Shown: positions 28,537 through 38,048 of the stretch, piece after piece | How the letters are laid out: each line of letters starts with the position of its first letter | How positions within the stretch are numbered: position 1 is the stretch's first letter | From: Patescibacteria group bacterium | GTDB lineage: Bacteria > Patescibacteriota > JAQUNI01 | Direction: 5' to 3' | Assembly (NCBI GenBank): GCA_028717685.1 | Contig: JAQUNI010000001.1 | Location: forward strand, 481,094-545,093 | DNA: 64,000 nt | Translations under genes and position numbers: made by a program | The notes under the pieces: model-generated | Databases searched by the model: none | What the model was told of the DNA's origin: nothing | What the model saw: only the letters and a program-made list of their open reading frames with translations

Positions 28537-29070
28537 ATGAAAAAATCCAAATATCCGCAAATTTTCTGCTTGAGCATCTTCCTGCTCCTCTTTGGTTTTT
28601 CTGTTTTCACCGCAACGGCGCAAGATGAACCTACTGGATTACAACGCCCTGACGCCGCGGCGGCTGGACTGCCCGCGGGTGACTTCAAGGCTTTGATTAA
28701 CGGCATTGTAAAATGGGTGCTTTGGATCGCAGCGCCAGCTTGTTTAGTCGCTCTTGTTTACGGCGGGATGCGTTATGCCTTTGCCGGAGGAAGTGAAGAG
28801 AAGGCTGAAAATGCGAAGAAGATAATGAAATACGCAGTCATTGGCGTCGCGATCATCATCGCGGCTTACGCTATTGTCGGCTTAATCACCGCGCTTATTT
28901 CCGGCGAAGTGCCGGCAACGCCAGAAGTCAACGGAAGTAATGCCACTCCGAAACGATTTGCTGGCGGTTGCCCAAGTCTGGGACAAGGGGCTCGCTGTGT
29001 CAATGCTGACAATGTACAAAGTCTATGTAATTGTGAGACCACTGATCCTAATAGCTGTTACTGTCCTTGA
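28537..29070 (+). CDS. pilin-family protein with C-terminal 8-Cys knot-like tail
   Basis: Signal peptide; WVLWIAAPACLVALVYGGMRYAFAGGSEEKAENAKKIMKYAVIGVAIIIAAYAIVGL two-TM unit; C-terminal CPSLGQGARCVNADNVQSLCNCETTDPNSCYCP. Confidence 0.5.
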   Translation: MKKSKYPQIFCLSIFLLLFGFSVFTATAQDEPTGLQRPDAAAAGLPAGDFKALINGIVKWVLWIAAPACLVALVYGGMRYAFAGGSEEKAENAKKIMKYAVIGVAIIIAAYAIVGLITALISGEVPATPEVNGSNATPKRFAGGCPSLGQGARCVNADNVQSLCNCETTDPNSCYCP

Positions 29071-29129
29071 TAACATTTTTATATTTCTCCACAAAATAAA
29101 ATCAATAAAATTGAAGGGAGGTGAAATAA

Positions 29130-29537
29130 ATGAAGTTAAATTACAAAAAAATTGTTCCCATACTAAGTCTTTTCACTATAATTAGTTTGTTTGGTCTTTA
29201 TAGTTTCACAGCAATAGCAGCAGATCCAACAGACACATGGAAAGAACAAAAGATCCCCGTAACAGGCCCAGAAATGTCCACTGACGCGCCCAAGAATATG
29301 GTTACCATAGCCCTGAACTGGTTCTATATCATTGCCGCCGTTCTTTGTGTGGCTGTTATTATTTGGGCAGGAATTACCTATGCGACCGCAGGTGGCGACG
29401 AGGAAAAGGTGGGGAAAGCAAAAAATCGTCTTATTTACGGCATCATTGGGGTAGCCTTGATTATCGGCGCTTACGCGATTACCCAACTGATTAAAAGTGC
29501 GATGTCTGGTACAGCACCAGCAGCGCCAACATTGTAA
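29130..29537 (+). CDS. pilin-family protein (two-TM unit YATAGGDEEKVGKAKNRLIYG)
   Basis: Signal peptide + WFYIIAAVLCVAVIIWAGITYATAGGDEEKVGKAKNRLIYGIIGVALIIGAYAITQL. Confidence 0.55.
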   Translation: MKLNYKKIVPILSLFTIISLFGLYSFTAIAADPTDTWKEQKIPVTGPEMSTDAPKNMVTIALNWFYIIAAVLCVAVIIWAGITYATAGGDEEKVGKAKNRLIYGIIGVALIIGAYAITQLIKSAMSGTAPAAPTL

Positions 29538-29575
29538 TAACCAAGACAAATAACTAAATATAATCAAAAAAGGAG

Positions 29576-30010
29576 GTGAGAACAATGTACAAACGCAAAC
29601 TGAAAAATCTGTTAATGTTATGCATTATTGCCTTAGTTTTAACAGGCCCGAGTTTGGTTTCCATAGCCCAAGCAGCAGACACAGAGGGTACTATCCCCAC
29701 TCAAATCCCTTCTGCTGGCTTTCAAGCAAAACCTAGCGATGCAGAAGTACAGGCAGCCCCTGGTAAACTACTGACCACAGGACTAAGTTGGTTCTATGCT
29801 ATTGCCGCAATACTTTGTGTGGCTGTTATTATTTGGGCAGGAATTACCTATGCGACCGCAGGTGGCGACGAGGAAAAGGTGGGGAAAGCAAAAAATCGTC
29901 TTATTTACGGCATCATTGGGGTAGCCTTGATTATCGGCGCTTACGCGATTACCCAACTGATTAAGAGTGCGATGTCTGGCAACGCACCAACAGCACCGAC
30001 ATTGCAGTAA
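29576..30010 (+). CDS. pilin-family protein, near-identical core to 29130-29537
   Basis: Shares a 167 nt stretch with one mismatch with the preceding gene; same two-TM unit. Confidence 0.55.
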   Translation: MRTMYKRKLKNLLMLCIIALVLTGPSLVSIAQAADTEGTIPTQIPSAGFQAKPSDAEVQAAPGKLLTTGLSWFYAIAAILCVAVIIWAGITYATAGGDEEKVGKAKNRLIYGIIGVALIIGAYAITQLIKSAMSGNAPTAPTLQ

Positions 30011-30035
30011 AAAGAACTAAAATAAACAAAAACAG

Positions 30036-30066
30036 ACTATCCGTTAACGGGTCTGTTTTTGTTTTG
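30036..30066 (+). terminator. hairpin + T-run after pilin gene
   Basis: cagactatccgttaacgggtctgtttttgtttt. Confidence 0.5.
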
Positions 30067-30133
30067 CGCAGTTTAGAAATTTCAATTATAATAAAGGCAA
30101 GGTAATAATTCTACCCAAATAAAAAACAAAATT

Positions 30134-30598
30134 ATGTCTAAAATTATCAAAAGCGCATTTTTTCTAATTCTCCTAACCGCGCCTTTGTTCTTTGCTCAAG
30201 GCGCCGGAGAAGAACCTGAATATTATTGCACCAAAAAACAAGACAATGGCGAATTGAAAAAATGCACCTCCAATGCGCAATGCGTGGGTTTGGGCACCTG
30301 CGTCAAAGTGTATCATGGCGGTTTTCAGCCAGCATACAATCCCGATACCCCTAAAGCATGGATTACAGCAGGTTTAAACTGGTTCTTAGCCCTCGCCGCG
30401 ATTCTCTGTGTTGCCGTTTTGGTTTGGGCTGGTATTACTTATGCCACAGCCGGCGGAGATGAAGACAAAGTAGAAAAAGCCAAGAAGAGAATGATTTATG
30501 GAGTAATTGGGGTTGCTTTTATTATTGGCGCTTTTGCAATTACCCAGCTCATCAAAACTGGCCTAGAAGGGAATCTGCCTACTAGCCCCGCTTTGTAA
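30134..30598 (+). CDS. pilin-family protein with N-terminal 6-Cys module
   Basis: EYYCTKKQDNGELKKCTSNAQCVGLGTCVKVY then WFLALAAILCVAVLVWAGITYATAGGDEDKVEKAKKRMIYGVIGVAFIIGAFAITQL. Confidence 0.55.
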   Translation: MSKIIKSAFFLILLTAPLFFAQGAGEEPEYYCTKKQDNGELKKCTSNAQCVGLGTCVKVYHGGFQPAYNPDTPKAWITAGLNWFLALAAILCVAVLVWAGITYATAGGDEDKVEKAKKRMIYGVIGVAFIIGAFAITQLIKTGLEGNLPTSPAL

Positions 30599-30630
30599 TA
30601 ACAAAACTGGCAATAAAAATATCAAAACTT

Positions 30631-30927
30631 ATGTTGGAATTGCCCTCCATTGATACCTACAACCTTTCCGCCCAAGTCTCCCGATTTGCCAATGAGAGCT
30701 TGATTACTTACCTTATTGGTCTCCCGATTATCTTTGGCATTTTGCTTTTGATTTACGGCATTTTTAAATTTGTATTTGCCGGTTCTTGCAAGCCGGATAA
30801 GGACGATGCGAGAAGATTGCTTTGGGTTTCTATAATCATCATTATCGTAGCAATCTTGGCTTACGCGATTTATTTTTGGATCTACGGCGCCGCGAACTCC
30901 GCTACTTTGCCTAATGCCGTAGAATAG
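30631..30927 (+). CDS. short pilin-family-like two-TM protein (member 7)
   Basis: Two hydrophobic helices with FAGSCKPDKDDARRLL loop; no signal peptide cleavage site obvious. Confidence 0.35.
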   Translation: MLELPSIDTYNLSAQVSRFANESLITYLIGLPIIFGILLLIYGIFKFVFAGSCKPDKDDARRLLWVSIIIIIVAILAYAIYFWIYGAANSATLPNAVE

Positions 30928-30937
30928 CATTCCCTAT

Positions 30938-30972
30938 GGTAGAGACGTTGCAATGCAACGTCTCTACTTTTT
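30938..30972 (+). terminator. rho-independent terminator closing the pilin array
   Basis: gtagagacgttgcaatgcaacgtctctac followed by ttttttt. Confidence 0.75.
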
Positions 30973-31074
30973 TTATCTTTGACAAAAAAGAGGAAATCAT
31001 TGACAATGTAGAAAGAAACGCTACTCCCACCCCCTCCACCTCCCCCTCTGGCAGGGGGAGAGGAACTCTTTTTT

Positions 31075-31158
31075 GCTCCCGTGGCGGAATTGGCATACGC
31101 GTAGCGCTTAGAACGCTATCCCTGAAAAGGGTTGCAGGTTCAAATCCTGCCGGGAGCA
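31075..31158 (+). tRNA. tRNA-Leu (anticodon TAG), long variable arm
   Basis: Acceptor gctcccg/cgggagc, anticodon stem tagcg/cgcta loop ctTAGaa, variable arm tccctgaaaagggtt, T-arm gcagg-ttcaaat-cctgc. Confidence 0.85.
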
Positions 31159-31320
31159 CACTTTTACGGTGTAATAGTTAAAAGTTCAAGGTGCAAAATT
31201 CAAAGTTGCAGTTTAAAGTTCAAAATTGAAAAACTTACAACTTTGAATTCAACTTTTCACTTTGAACTTTGAACTATTAACTAAGTTGCAGATCCTTCCC
31301 CCGGCACAAAAACACCTCCG

Positions 31321-32616
31321 TCATTGCTTCGCCCCTGCGGTGGTCACGATGACGACAGCGACTATTATCCAAAACAGCACCGACAAATCATTTTTAAAAT
31401 AAGGCGTGTCCACAAGACCGTGCACCAGCAACGCTATCATTGCCGCTAAGGCGTATTCCACTATGGGATCATCTTTCTTTTGCCAGCCTTGTTTGAAGAA
31501 GATAATAATGAGCCAGATAAAACTTGCTAAACCCAAAATACCCATCTCAATCCATAGAGCGAGATACAGATTGTGCGGTTTGACTACCAACCATTCCAAA
31601 GGCGGAAAAGCAACTCGCGGCACATATTCGCGGTAGGAGGCTTCAAAATTCCCCAATCCCACACCCCAAAAAGGGTGTTCTTTTATAATAAGAAGCGAAG
31701 TCTGCCAAATTTCCGCGCGAGTAGAAGAGGAGGTGCGAGTGCTAAAATCCAAAAGCCGTCCGAATTTGGGCGACTCGGATTCGCTAATGCTTACCAAAAT
31801 TACAAGCAGGGCAAAAATCAAGAGATATTTTAATCTTTTTATCGGGATTTTAATTCTAGACCAAAGGAAAACGAGAGCGCCGAACAATCCCAGCCAACCG
31901 CCATAAGATTTAGTGAAATAGAGAGCGAGAAGAACTGCAATAAATAATAGGTAATAGGTAATCAGTAAAAATTTGGAGCGCACTTTTTTCCAAAAAGTGA
32001 AAGATAGAACCAAAATAGGTGCCACATACATCGCGACATAATTTGCCGGAACAAAAAACGAGTTCAACCGACCATCCGAATCAAGACCTACCCGAAAAAT
32101 ATACTCGTAAAGCCCATAAATCGCAATGTAAGAAGCGGAAAGAAATAATGTGAGAACAACTGCCTTAATCTCTTTTTTTCTTCTTACAAGATCTAAAAAT
32201 AGAATTAAGACCAAAAGGGGATTAAGAAACCAACCCTTTAAAACCCCCAAACTCAATCTTTTATCCGGGGAAATGACGGTCGCGAGAATTGCTGCCCCGA
32301 AAAACAAAGCTAGGGGGATAAAAAAAGGACGGATGACGCGATAAACTCGCCTTATTTTTTTAATTAAATTTTTAGAAAAAATCGCTTTGAACAGCCAAAC
32401 TAGAAAAACAAAATAAATGGATAGTTCTAAAAAAGTGGTAGGAATGAAAAAAATCTCTCTCCGGATTAAATAAGTAGGAAGCAGAAACAAAATCAAATAC
32501 AAACCCCAGCGGGTTTTAAATAAAGATATTATTAGGATAAATAGCAGAAAGAGTGTGAAGTATAGCATAAATTTTGGAATTAGGAATAATGAATTGGGAA
32601 TAAGGAATAGCATCAT
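31321..32616 (-). CDS. O-antigen ligase/polymerase-like polytopic membrane protein
   Basis: About 11 TM helices; Wzy_C-like block LALYFTKSYGGWLGLFGALV. Confidence 0.5.
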   Translation of the reverse strand: MMLFLIPNSLFLIPKFMLYFTLFLLFILIISLFKTRWGLYLILFLLPTYLIRREIFFIPTTFLELSIYFVFLVWLFKAIFSKNLIKKIRRVYRVIRPFFIPLALFFGAAILATVISPDKRLSLGVLKGWFLNPLLVLILFLDLVRRKKEIKAVVLTLFLSASYIAIYGLYEYIFRVGLDSDGRLNSFFVPANYVAMYVAPILVLSFTFWKKVRSKFLLITYYLLFIAVLLALYFTKSYGGWLGLFGALVFLWSRIKIPIKRLKYLLIFALLVILVSISESESPKFGRLLDFSTRTSSSTRAEIWQTSLLIIKEHPFWGVGLGNFEASYREYVPRVAFPPLEWLVVKPHNLYLALWIEMGILGLASFIWLIIIFFKQGWQKKDDPIVEYALAAMIALLVHGLVDTPYFKNDLSVLFWIIVAVVIVTTAGAKQ

Positions 32617-32665
32617 ATCTATTTTTTCACTCCTGATTCCTGCTTCCGAATTCCAAATTCATTCC

Positions 32666-34066
32666 TTATTTATCATTGACGCATGAAACTGATGTAAATT
32701 CTTGACTCTTTCCTTTGTCAGGACTTTTAGTCCTTATCACCAACGCCAGAAATATCCAAATCACTTCCATAAAATGCGGATACAAAAGACTATTGGTAAA
32801 TTGGGAGTGAACGAGCATTCCGGACAACGCGCCAAGCATTCCTAAGCCCAAAGCCGCGGCGACTTTATTATCGCTCTTCTCGCGCCACGCTTTGAAACTT
32901 ACCCAAAACATAGCGCCCAAAAGCCATAAATAAGCTAAAAAACCAAAGATCCCAGTCGTTACCAAAATGGTCAAAAAAGAGGAATCGCTGCCAAAATCGG
33001 AATGGCTCGCTTCGGATCCAATCTTACCATATTCCGATTGGACATATTTAAAGGTGTTAAAACCCACGCCCAAAAAAAGATGGTCACGGGCGATCTCCCA
33101 AGTCGCGAGCCAAGAAGCAATCCTCGCTTGCGCGGTCACGTCAATCTCGGTTGCCCCGGCTAATCTTGTTTGCAAACGATCCGAAACCCCAACTAAAATT
33201 AAAAGAGCCGCGAGACCTCCTAACAGCAGCTTTTTGGACTTTAAAATGCCTAAAACCAAGAGCGTCGCCAAAAAAGCCAAAAAGGCGCTGCGTGAATAAG
33301 TAAGAATCAGGGCGCCAAACAAAACCAATCCTAAAATCGCCAAGAATAATCTGTATTTGCGATTTTGGGAGTACAAGAAAAAGCTTAAGACAAAACTCAA
33401 AATAAAAACAAAAAAACCGCCCATAAAATTCGGGTCAAACCAAGTGGAGAGCAGGCGCTTGATATGGGGATCCCACCCCGCTTTTGCCGCCATAGCGGAA
33501 AAATCAGGGACAAAAATATATTGCAAAAAGCCCAAAATAGCCAAAATAAAGGAACAAACGAAAATCCAGGCGATATATTTTTTAATCTCTTTCGCGCCCT
33601 TCGCCACATCCAAGACGATATAAAACAACAAAGCATATTCCAAAAACCGCAGGTAGTAAAAACTGGAAACTAAAGCCTCTCCCCAAGCAAGATTACGTAT
33701 GCCCCAAATTAAAGAAATTAAAGCTATACCCAAGAAAATAAAGAGAGGCGCGTTGAGGGGCGTGGATTGAATTTTGAAATCGCGCTTGACCAATTTTCCA
33801 AAAATCCAGCAAAGAATCATTACCGGAATAATCATATCGTTGGGCAGAAAAAAACTCTCCGTGCTAGGCAAAGGAATGCGCACTAATTGACCTAAAACTA
33901 AAGAAAAAATCACCAAGACTAAACCGAATTTGAAATCCAGGAAAATTAAAAAGCCCAAAAGCAAACCGAGGCAGGCTAAAAAGCCCAAAAGGGGATTGTA
34001 AGCCAACAGGAAAGAAACGACTCCAACGCATAAAAGAATGGCTATAACTTTAGCAGGTTTAAACAT
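32666..34066 (-). CDS. O-antigen ligase family membrane protein (Wzy_C motif)
   Basis: LTYSRSAFLAFLATLLVLGIL (T.SR.a.l motif) within polytopic membrane protein of 466 aa. Confidence 0.6.
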   Translation of the reverse strand: MFKPAKVIAILLCVGVVSFLLAYNPLLGFLACLGLLLGFLIFLDFKFGLVLVIFSLVLGQLVRIPLPSTESFFLPNDMIIPVMILCWIFGKLVKRDFKIQSTPLNAPLFIFLGIALISLIWGIRNLAWGEALVSSFYYLRFLEYALLFYIVLDVAKGAKEIKKYIAWIFVCSFILAILGFLQYIFVPDFSAMAAKAGWDPHIKRLLSTWFDPNFMGGFFVFILSFVLSFFLYSQNRKYRLFLAILGLVLFGALILTYSRSAFLAFLATLLVLGILKSKKLLLGGLAALLILVGVSDRLQTRLAGATEIDVTAQARIASWLATWEIARDHLFLGVGFNTFKYVQSEYGKIGSEASHSDFGSDSSFLTILVTTGIFGFLAYLWLLGAMFWVSFKAWREKSDNKVAAALGLGMLGALSGMLVHSQFTNSLLYPHFMEVIWIFLALVIRTKSPDKGKSQEFTSVSCVNDK

Positions 34067-34200
34067 GAAAAATGTCTAATTATCCTAAATAACAATAGTT
34101 AACTTTCAAATTTTTATAACTTATAACTTGAAACGTGTAACCCAAGACTTGAGTTACACGTTATAGGTTACAAGTTTAATGTACGAGGTCAATTAGGAAT

Positions 34201-35286
34201 TTATATCCGTTCTAATATTTTTAGAATCTCCCTTGCTGTTTGCTCCCAACTAAACTTTTTTACTCTCTCCCGCCCTAATCTAGCTAATCTAACCCTTAAT
34301 TCCTGATTGGTCAATATCCGCTCCAGCGCCTCGGCAATCTCCGCTACATTTCTGGGATTAACCAATAAAGCCGCTCCTCCTGCCACTTCAGGCAGAGAAG
34401 AAAGGTTGCTTGTGATTACAGGAGCGCCGCAAGCCATTGCTTCCAAAGGAGGCAAACCAAAACCTTCATATAAAGAAGGAAAGACAAAAACAGCGGCTAA
34501 ATGGTAAAGGGCAATGAGGTCTTTTCTCTCAATATAGCCCAAAAAATGCACATACCGCTCAAGATTTAATTGCCGGACCCTCTGGAAAATTCCCTCATAG
34601 TACCAACCCTTTTTACCCGCGATTACTAAGCCATATTCTTCTTTTAAGGGGAATCTCTGGTAAGCCTCTAATAAACGAATGAGATTTTTTCTGGGCTCCA
34701 AGGTGCCCGCGAAAAGAATAAATTCTGAAGGCAAATTATATTTCTGTCTCACTTCCGCCAAAAAAGAAGGGGATTTTTGTTGATATTGATCCGCGGCTAA
34801 ATAAACCACATTTATTTTAGAAGAGGGAAGGGAAAACAATCTTCGCAGGTCTCTTTTGGTAGCATTAGAAATCGCAATTACCCTCTCACTCTTGGCAAGC
34901 GCTCTTTTTAAGAAACATCTCTCCAAAAAAACCGCCTTGGGATTATGCTTTTGAGGGAACAAAAAGGTAACTAAATCAGGAGTAAACACAACCGAGTTTT
35001 TAACCCCTAAAGCGGGAAGAATGTAACTAACTAGCGCTAAATAAACATCGGGTTTTAAAATCAATTCTAGATCCAGCCAAACAAAAAGGTGCCATAGAAT
35101 GCCCGGCAATCGCACTCTTCTTATCTTGAAATTGGCGCCAAAGCGGCAAGGAAATTTTTCTCTGGAATATAAAAAATATTGATTCCGAGAATCAATTTTC
35201 GCTAAATGCTTAATTATTTGATAACTATATTCTCCCTTACCCGTCCGCGCGCCCGCAATCGCACGGGCATCTATGGCGATACGCAT
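34201..35286 (-). CDS. glycosyltransferase family 4 (GT-B, group 1)
   Basis: C-terminal [28 protein letters not shown] (E-x7-E motif region). Confidence 0.85.
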   Translation of the reverse strand: MRIAIDARAIAGARTGKGEYSYQIIKHLAKIDSRNQYFLYSREKFPCRFGANFKIRRVRLPGILWHLFVWLDLELILKPDVYLALVSYILPALGVKNSVVFTPDLVTFLFPQKHNPKAVFLERCFLKRALAKSERVIAISNATKRDLRRLFSLPSSKINVVYLAADQYQQKSPSFLAEVRQKYNLPSEFILFAGTLEPRKNLIRLLEAYQRFPLKEEYGLVIAGKKGWYYEGIFQRVRQLNLERYVHFLGYIERKDLIALYHLAAVFVFPSLYEGFGLPPLEAMACGAPVITSNLSSLPEVAGGAALLVNPRNVAEIAEALERILTNQELRVRLARLGRERVKKFSWEQTAREILKILERI

Positions 35287-35559
35287 ACTGTGAAAAATTA
35301 GTAAACCTTAAATTACTAAATGCATCGTCTGTTAGCGAGGGATGTTCCCTCCCCTTACCAAGGGGAGACGGGGAGGGGTCTAATTTATATCTAGATGTTT
35401 ATAGCTAGATGACCATTCTCCCTCCCCCTCCATCTCCCCCTCGGGCAGGGGGAGTGTAATCAGGCTTCTCGCTAATGGACAGAATAAATTTCGTAATTTA
35501 AGGGTAGTAAACGGTAAAAATTACTAATTAACTAATTACTAGTTACTGATTACCAATTA

Positions 35560-36468
35560 CTAACTATCATTTACCCTTTTATAACGCGCAAAACCTTTAA
35601 ACTTTCCTCGCACCCGCTGCCAATACTCCCGCTCGATAAGAGCAAGCAGACTATAAATGAAAATCTGCCAAGCCTGATAAGAGAAAAAGGCGATAAAGGT
35701 AAAAATATTTTGAAAAGCAATATTTTTTAAACCGAAATAAACCTCATTAGCTCTTAAGTTCTTCATTGCTTCAAGGGGAGCAAGGCGCCCCCCTGGGGAA
35801 TAGGAATGAACAACAAAAGCCTGACCATTGTAAAAGACTTTCCCCCCTCTATGCTTAATACGAAGGCATAAATCCGGCTCTTCCAGATTGGGACCGGGCA
35901 AAAAGTTTTTCTCAAACCCTCCCACCTCTTGAAAATAAGAGTTTCGCACTGCAAGGTTGCCAGCGCCGCCCCAATCGCAAAATCCTTGGGTAGCAAGGGA
36001 GAGACGCGCGTCCACGCGACCATTAAAATAAATCGTGCCGCCTGCTCTTTTACGACATAACAAATAAAACGGATAAAAAGGCAAATTTAAAATTATATCA
36101 GAAAATGCGCCCTGTTTGCTTTGCAAACGTTTCTCCACAATTCTACCCGCAACAACCACTATCTCTCTATTCTTGAAAGGTTTCGCGATCTCCGCGAGCC
36201 AATGAGGAGAGGGGGCACAGTCGTCATCTAAAAAAGCTAATACTTCCCCCCGAGCTATCCTCGCTCCCGCGTTTTTAGCCCTTCCAGGACCAATACTACC
36301 GCGGGTCGCAATCACTTTAACTCCTTGAAACTTATTTGGCGCCCCGGTGCGACTGTCATTAACAACAATAATCTCCTTAGGCTTCAAGGTCTGCTTTTTT
36401 AAACCCTCTAAGCACAGATTAAGTTCGCGCGCCCTGCCGCAAGTAGGAATAATAACCGAGATTTGCAT
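35560..36468 (-). CDS. glycosyltransferase family 2
   Basis: ISVIIPTCGR...VVNDSR...FLDDD (DxD) GT2 signature. Confidence 0.8.
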   Translation of the reverse strand: MQISVIIPTCGRARELNLCLEGLKKQTLKPKEIIVVNDSRTGAPNKFQGVKVIATRGSIGPGRAKNAGARIARGEVLAFLDDDCAPSPHWLAEIAKPFKNREIVVVAGRIVEKRLQSKQGAFSDIILNLPFYPFYLLCRKRAGGTIYFNGRVDARLSLATQGFCDWGGAGNLAVRNSYFQEVGGFEKNFLPGPNLEEPDLCLRIKHRGGKVFYNGQAFVVHSYSPGGRLAPLEAMKNLRANEVYFGLKNIAFQNIFTFIAFFSYQAWQIFIYSLLALIEREYWQRVRGKFKGFARYKRVNDS

Positions 36469-37922
36469 TATTTTTTAATACTCAAAGATTCTTTGAGGAT
36501 ATCTTTAGGCAAGCCGCCAAGCAGATACAGCACCGCCAGATAGAGCGTTGCGCCGCAGACAAACCTGACTACAAAATTCCAAGAGGGAAACAGGATGAAA
36601 AACAAAAAAAGCACCGCGCCTGCTACTATGCTTCGCCCTAAAATTCCTTTTCTCCAGGGTAAATGATATGATTTTCTGATAATATAAAAACTCCAAATCA
36701 AAATTAAAAGTTCCACTAAAACCGTAGTCACCGCCGCCCCGATGTAAGAAAAAGAGGGGATTAGGATTAAATCCAGAAAGACTGCAAAAATAGCGCCTGT
36801 TAAATATCCCCAAATCATCTTCTTTTGCTGATCCAACGCCACAATAAGGTGAGACGGCAAAGCGGCAAGAAAAATAATCCCAACGGCAATACTTAAAATC
36901 TGAAGCACTCTTATGGAAGGATCAAAGTCAGGACCAGAGATAATATGGATCATTTGAGGCGCGAAGAAAAAGATACAGATGGCAAGGGGCACCGTGCCCA
37001 CAATCAAAAAATCAAAGCTTTTCTGGAAAATGCGCTGGAAACGCGCGGGGTCGCTGTCCCGATGCAAAGAAAACTGCGGCAAAACCAAACTGCAAAACAG
37101 AATCGGAAAGGCGATCAAAAGCTCCAAAATTTTGTAAGCCGCGCCGTAAATTCCCACATCCGCCTCGGGTTTCAAAAGGGATAGAATAATCGTGTCGAAC
37201 TTAAAATAAATCAAGTTAAAAACCATGGAAAGAGCGAGAGGCCAAGAACGGTGAAAAATATATTTCCAAACCTTGGAATCAGCCTCAAAGCGGATTTTAG
37301 CATAGGGCAGGGTAAATAAATAAACCAAAAGCGACTGTACAAGATTGCCCCAAGCCACCGCCCAGACAATACTCAATAACCCCTTTGCTTTCCAAACTGA
37401 CCACAAAACCAGCCCCAGAGTCAGGAGACGCCCTAAAATCTCCGCCAAAACCAGCTTTGAAGTTTTTAATTCACGAAAAAACAAACCGTCAAAAACATGG
37501 CGGAAAGAAAGGAGGAAAAAAGCAAAACAATCTACGGCGATGGCTTGCTTCACAAGCGCGGGGTAAGGCATTAAGAAACCCACCAAAGCTCCTAAACCTA
37601 AAATAGCCGCCGAAGTAAATATTCTCAAAGAGAAGGCGTTGGATAAAAACTTATTTAAGTTTAAATTTTTCTTGCCAATTTCATTGGTAACAACCAAAGA
37701 AATACCCATACCGGCAATGGTGGAAAAAAAGCCAGAAAAAGCCATTACGGTCGTATATTGGCCAAATCCCGCCCTGCCAAGGTAGCGCGCTGTTGCTGCG
37801 ATTACTCCAAAACCAATAAAAGCCGAGAGCACCCTGCCCACGGATTGCACCAAAGTATTGTAAGCGATTTTGCGTGTTAGAGACATATTGGGAAAAACTC
37901 TTCTAGTTGACGTAACGTCCAA
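36468..37922 (-). CDS. polysaccharide biosynthesis flippase (Wzx / MOP superfamily)
   Basis: 484 aa, about 14 TM helices, N-terminal ...YNTLVQSVGRVLSAFIGFGVIAATARYLG typical of Wzx/RfbX. Confidence 0.7.
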   Translation of the reverse strand: MDVTSTRRVFPNMSLTRKIAYNTLVQSVGRVLSAFIGFGVIAATARYLGRAGFGQYTTVMAFSGFFSTIAGMGISLVVTNEIGKKNLNLNKFLSNAFSLRIFTSAAILGLGALVGFLMPYPALVKQAIAVDCFAFFLLSFRHVFDGLFFRELKTSKLVLAEILGRLLTLGLVLWSVWKAKGLLSIVWAVAWGNLVQSLLVYLFTLPYAKIRFEADSKVWKYIFHRSWPLALSMVFNLIYFKFDTIILSLLKPEADVGIYGAAYKILELLIAFPILFCSLVLPQFSLHRDSDPARFQRIFQKSFDFLIVGTVPLAICIFFFAPQMIHIISGPDFDPSIRVLQILSIAVGIIFLAALPSHLIVALDQQKKMIWGYLTGAIFAVFLDLILIPSFSYIGAAVTTVLVELLILIWSFYIIRKSYHLPWRKGILGRSIVAGAVLFLFFILFPSWNFVVRFVCGATLYLAVLYLLGGLPKDILKESLSIKK

Positions 37923-38048
37923 ATATTACTATATTCTAGCCAAAAAAACAATAGGACAGGATAATTAAGGCATACTAAAAAGACCCCCTACGGAGCCAAA
38001 AGAATAGTCTGCCCTACACGATGCGATAATTTCATCATCTATGTTAAA

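Noticed and set aside
28413-29585. ORFs 28413-28706 (-), 28940-29185 (+), 29163-29585 (-) in the pilin array
   Set aside because: They overlap the signal-peptide-bearing pilin paralogs in other frames or strands. The Cys/Trp-rich composition of 29163-29585 is an artefact of the antisense frame.
30936-31181. ORFs 30911-31159 (-) and 30936-31181 (+)
   Set aside because: They overlap the terminator and tRNA-Leu(TAG).
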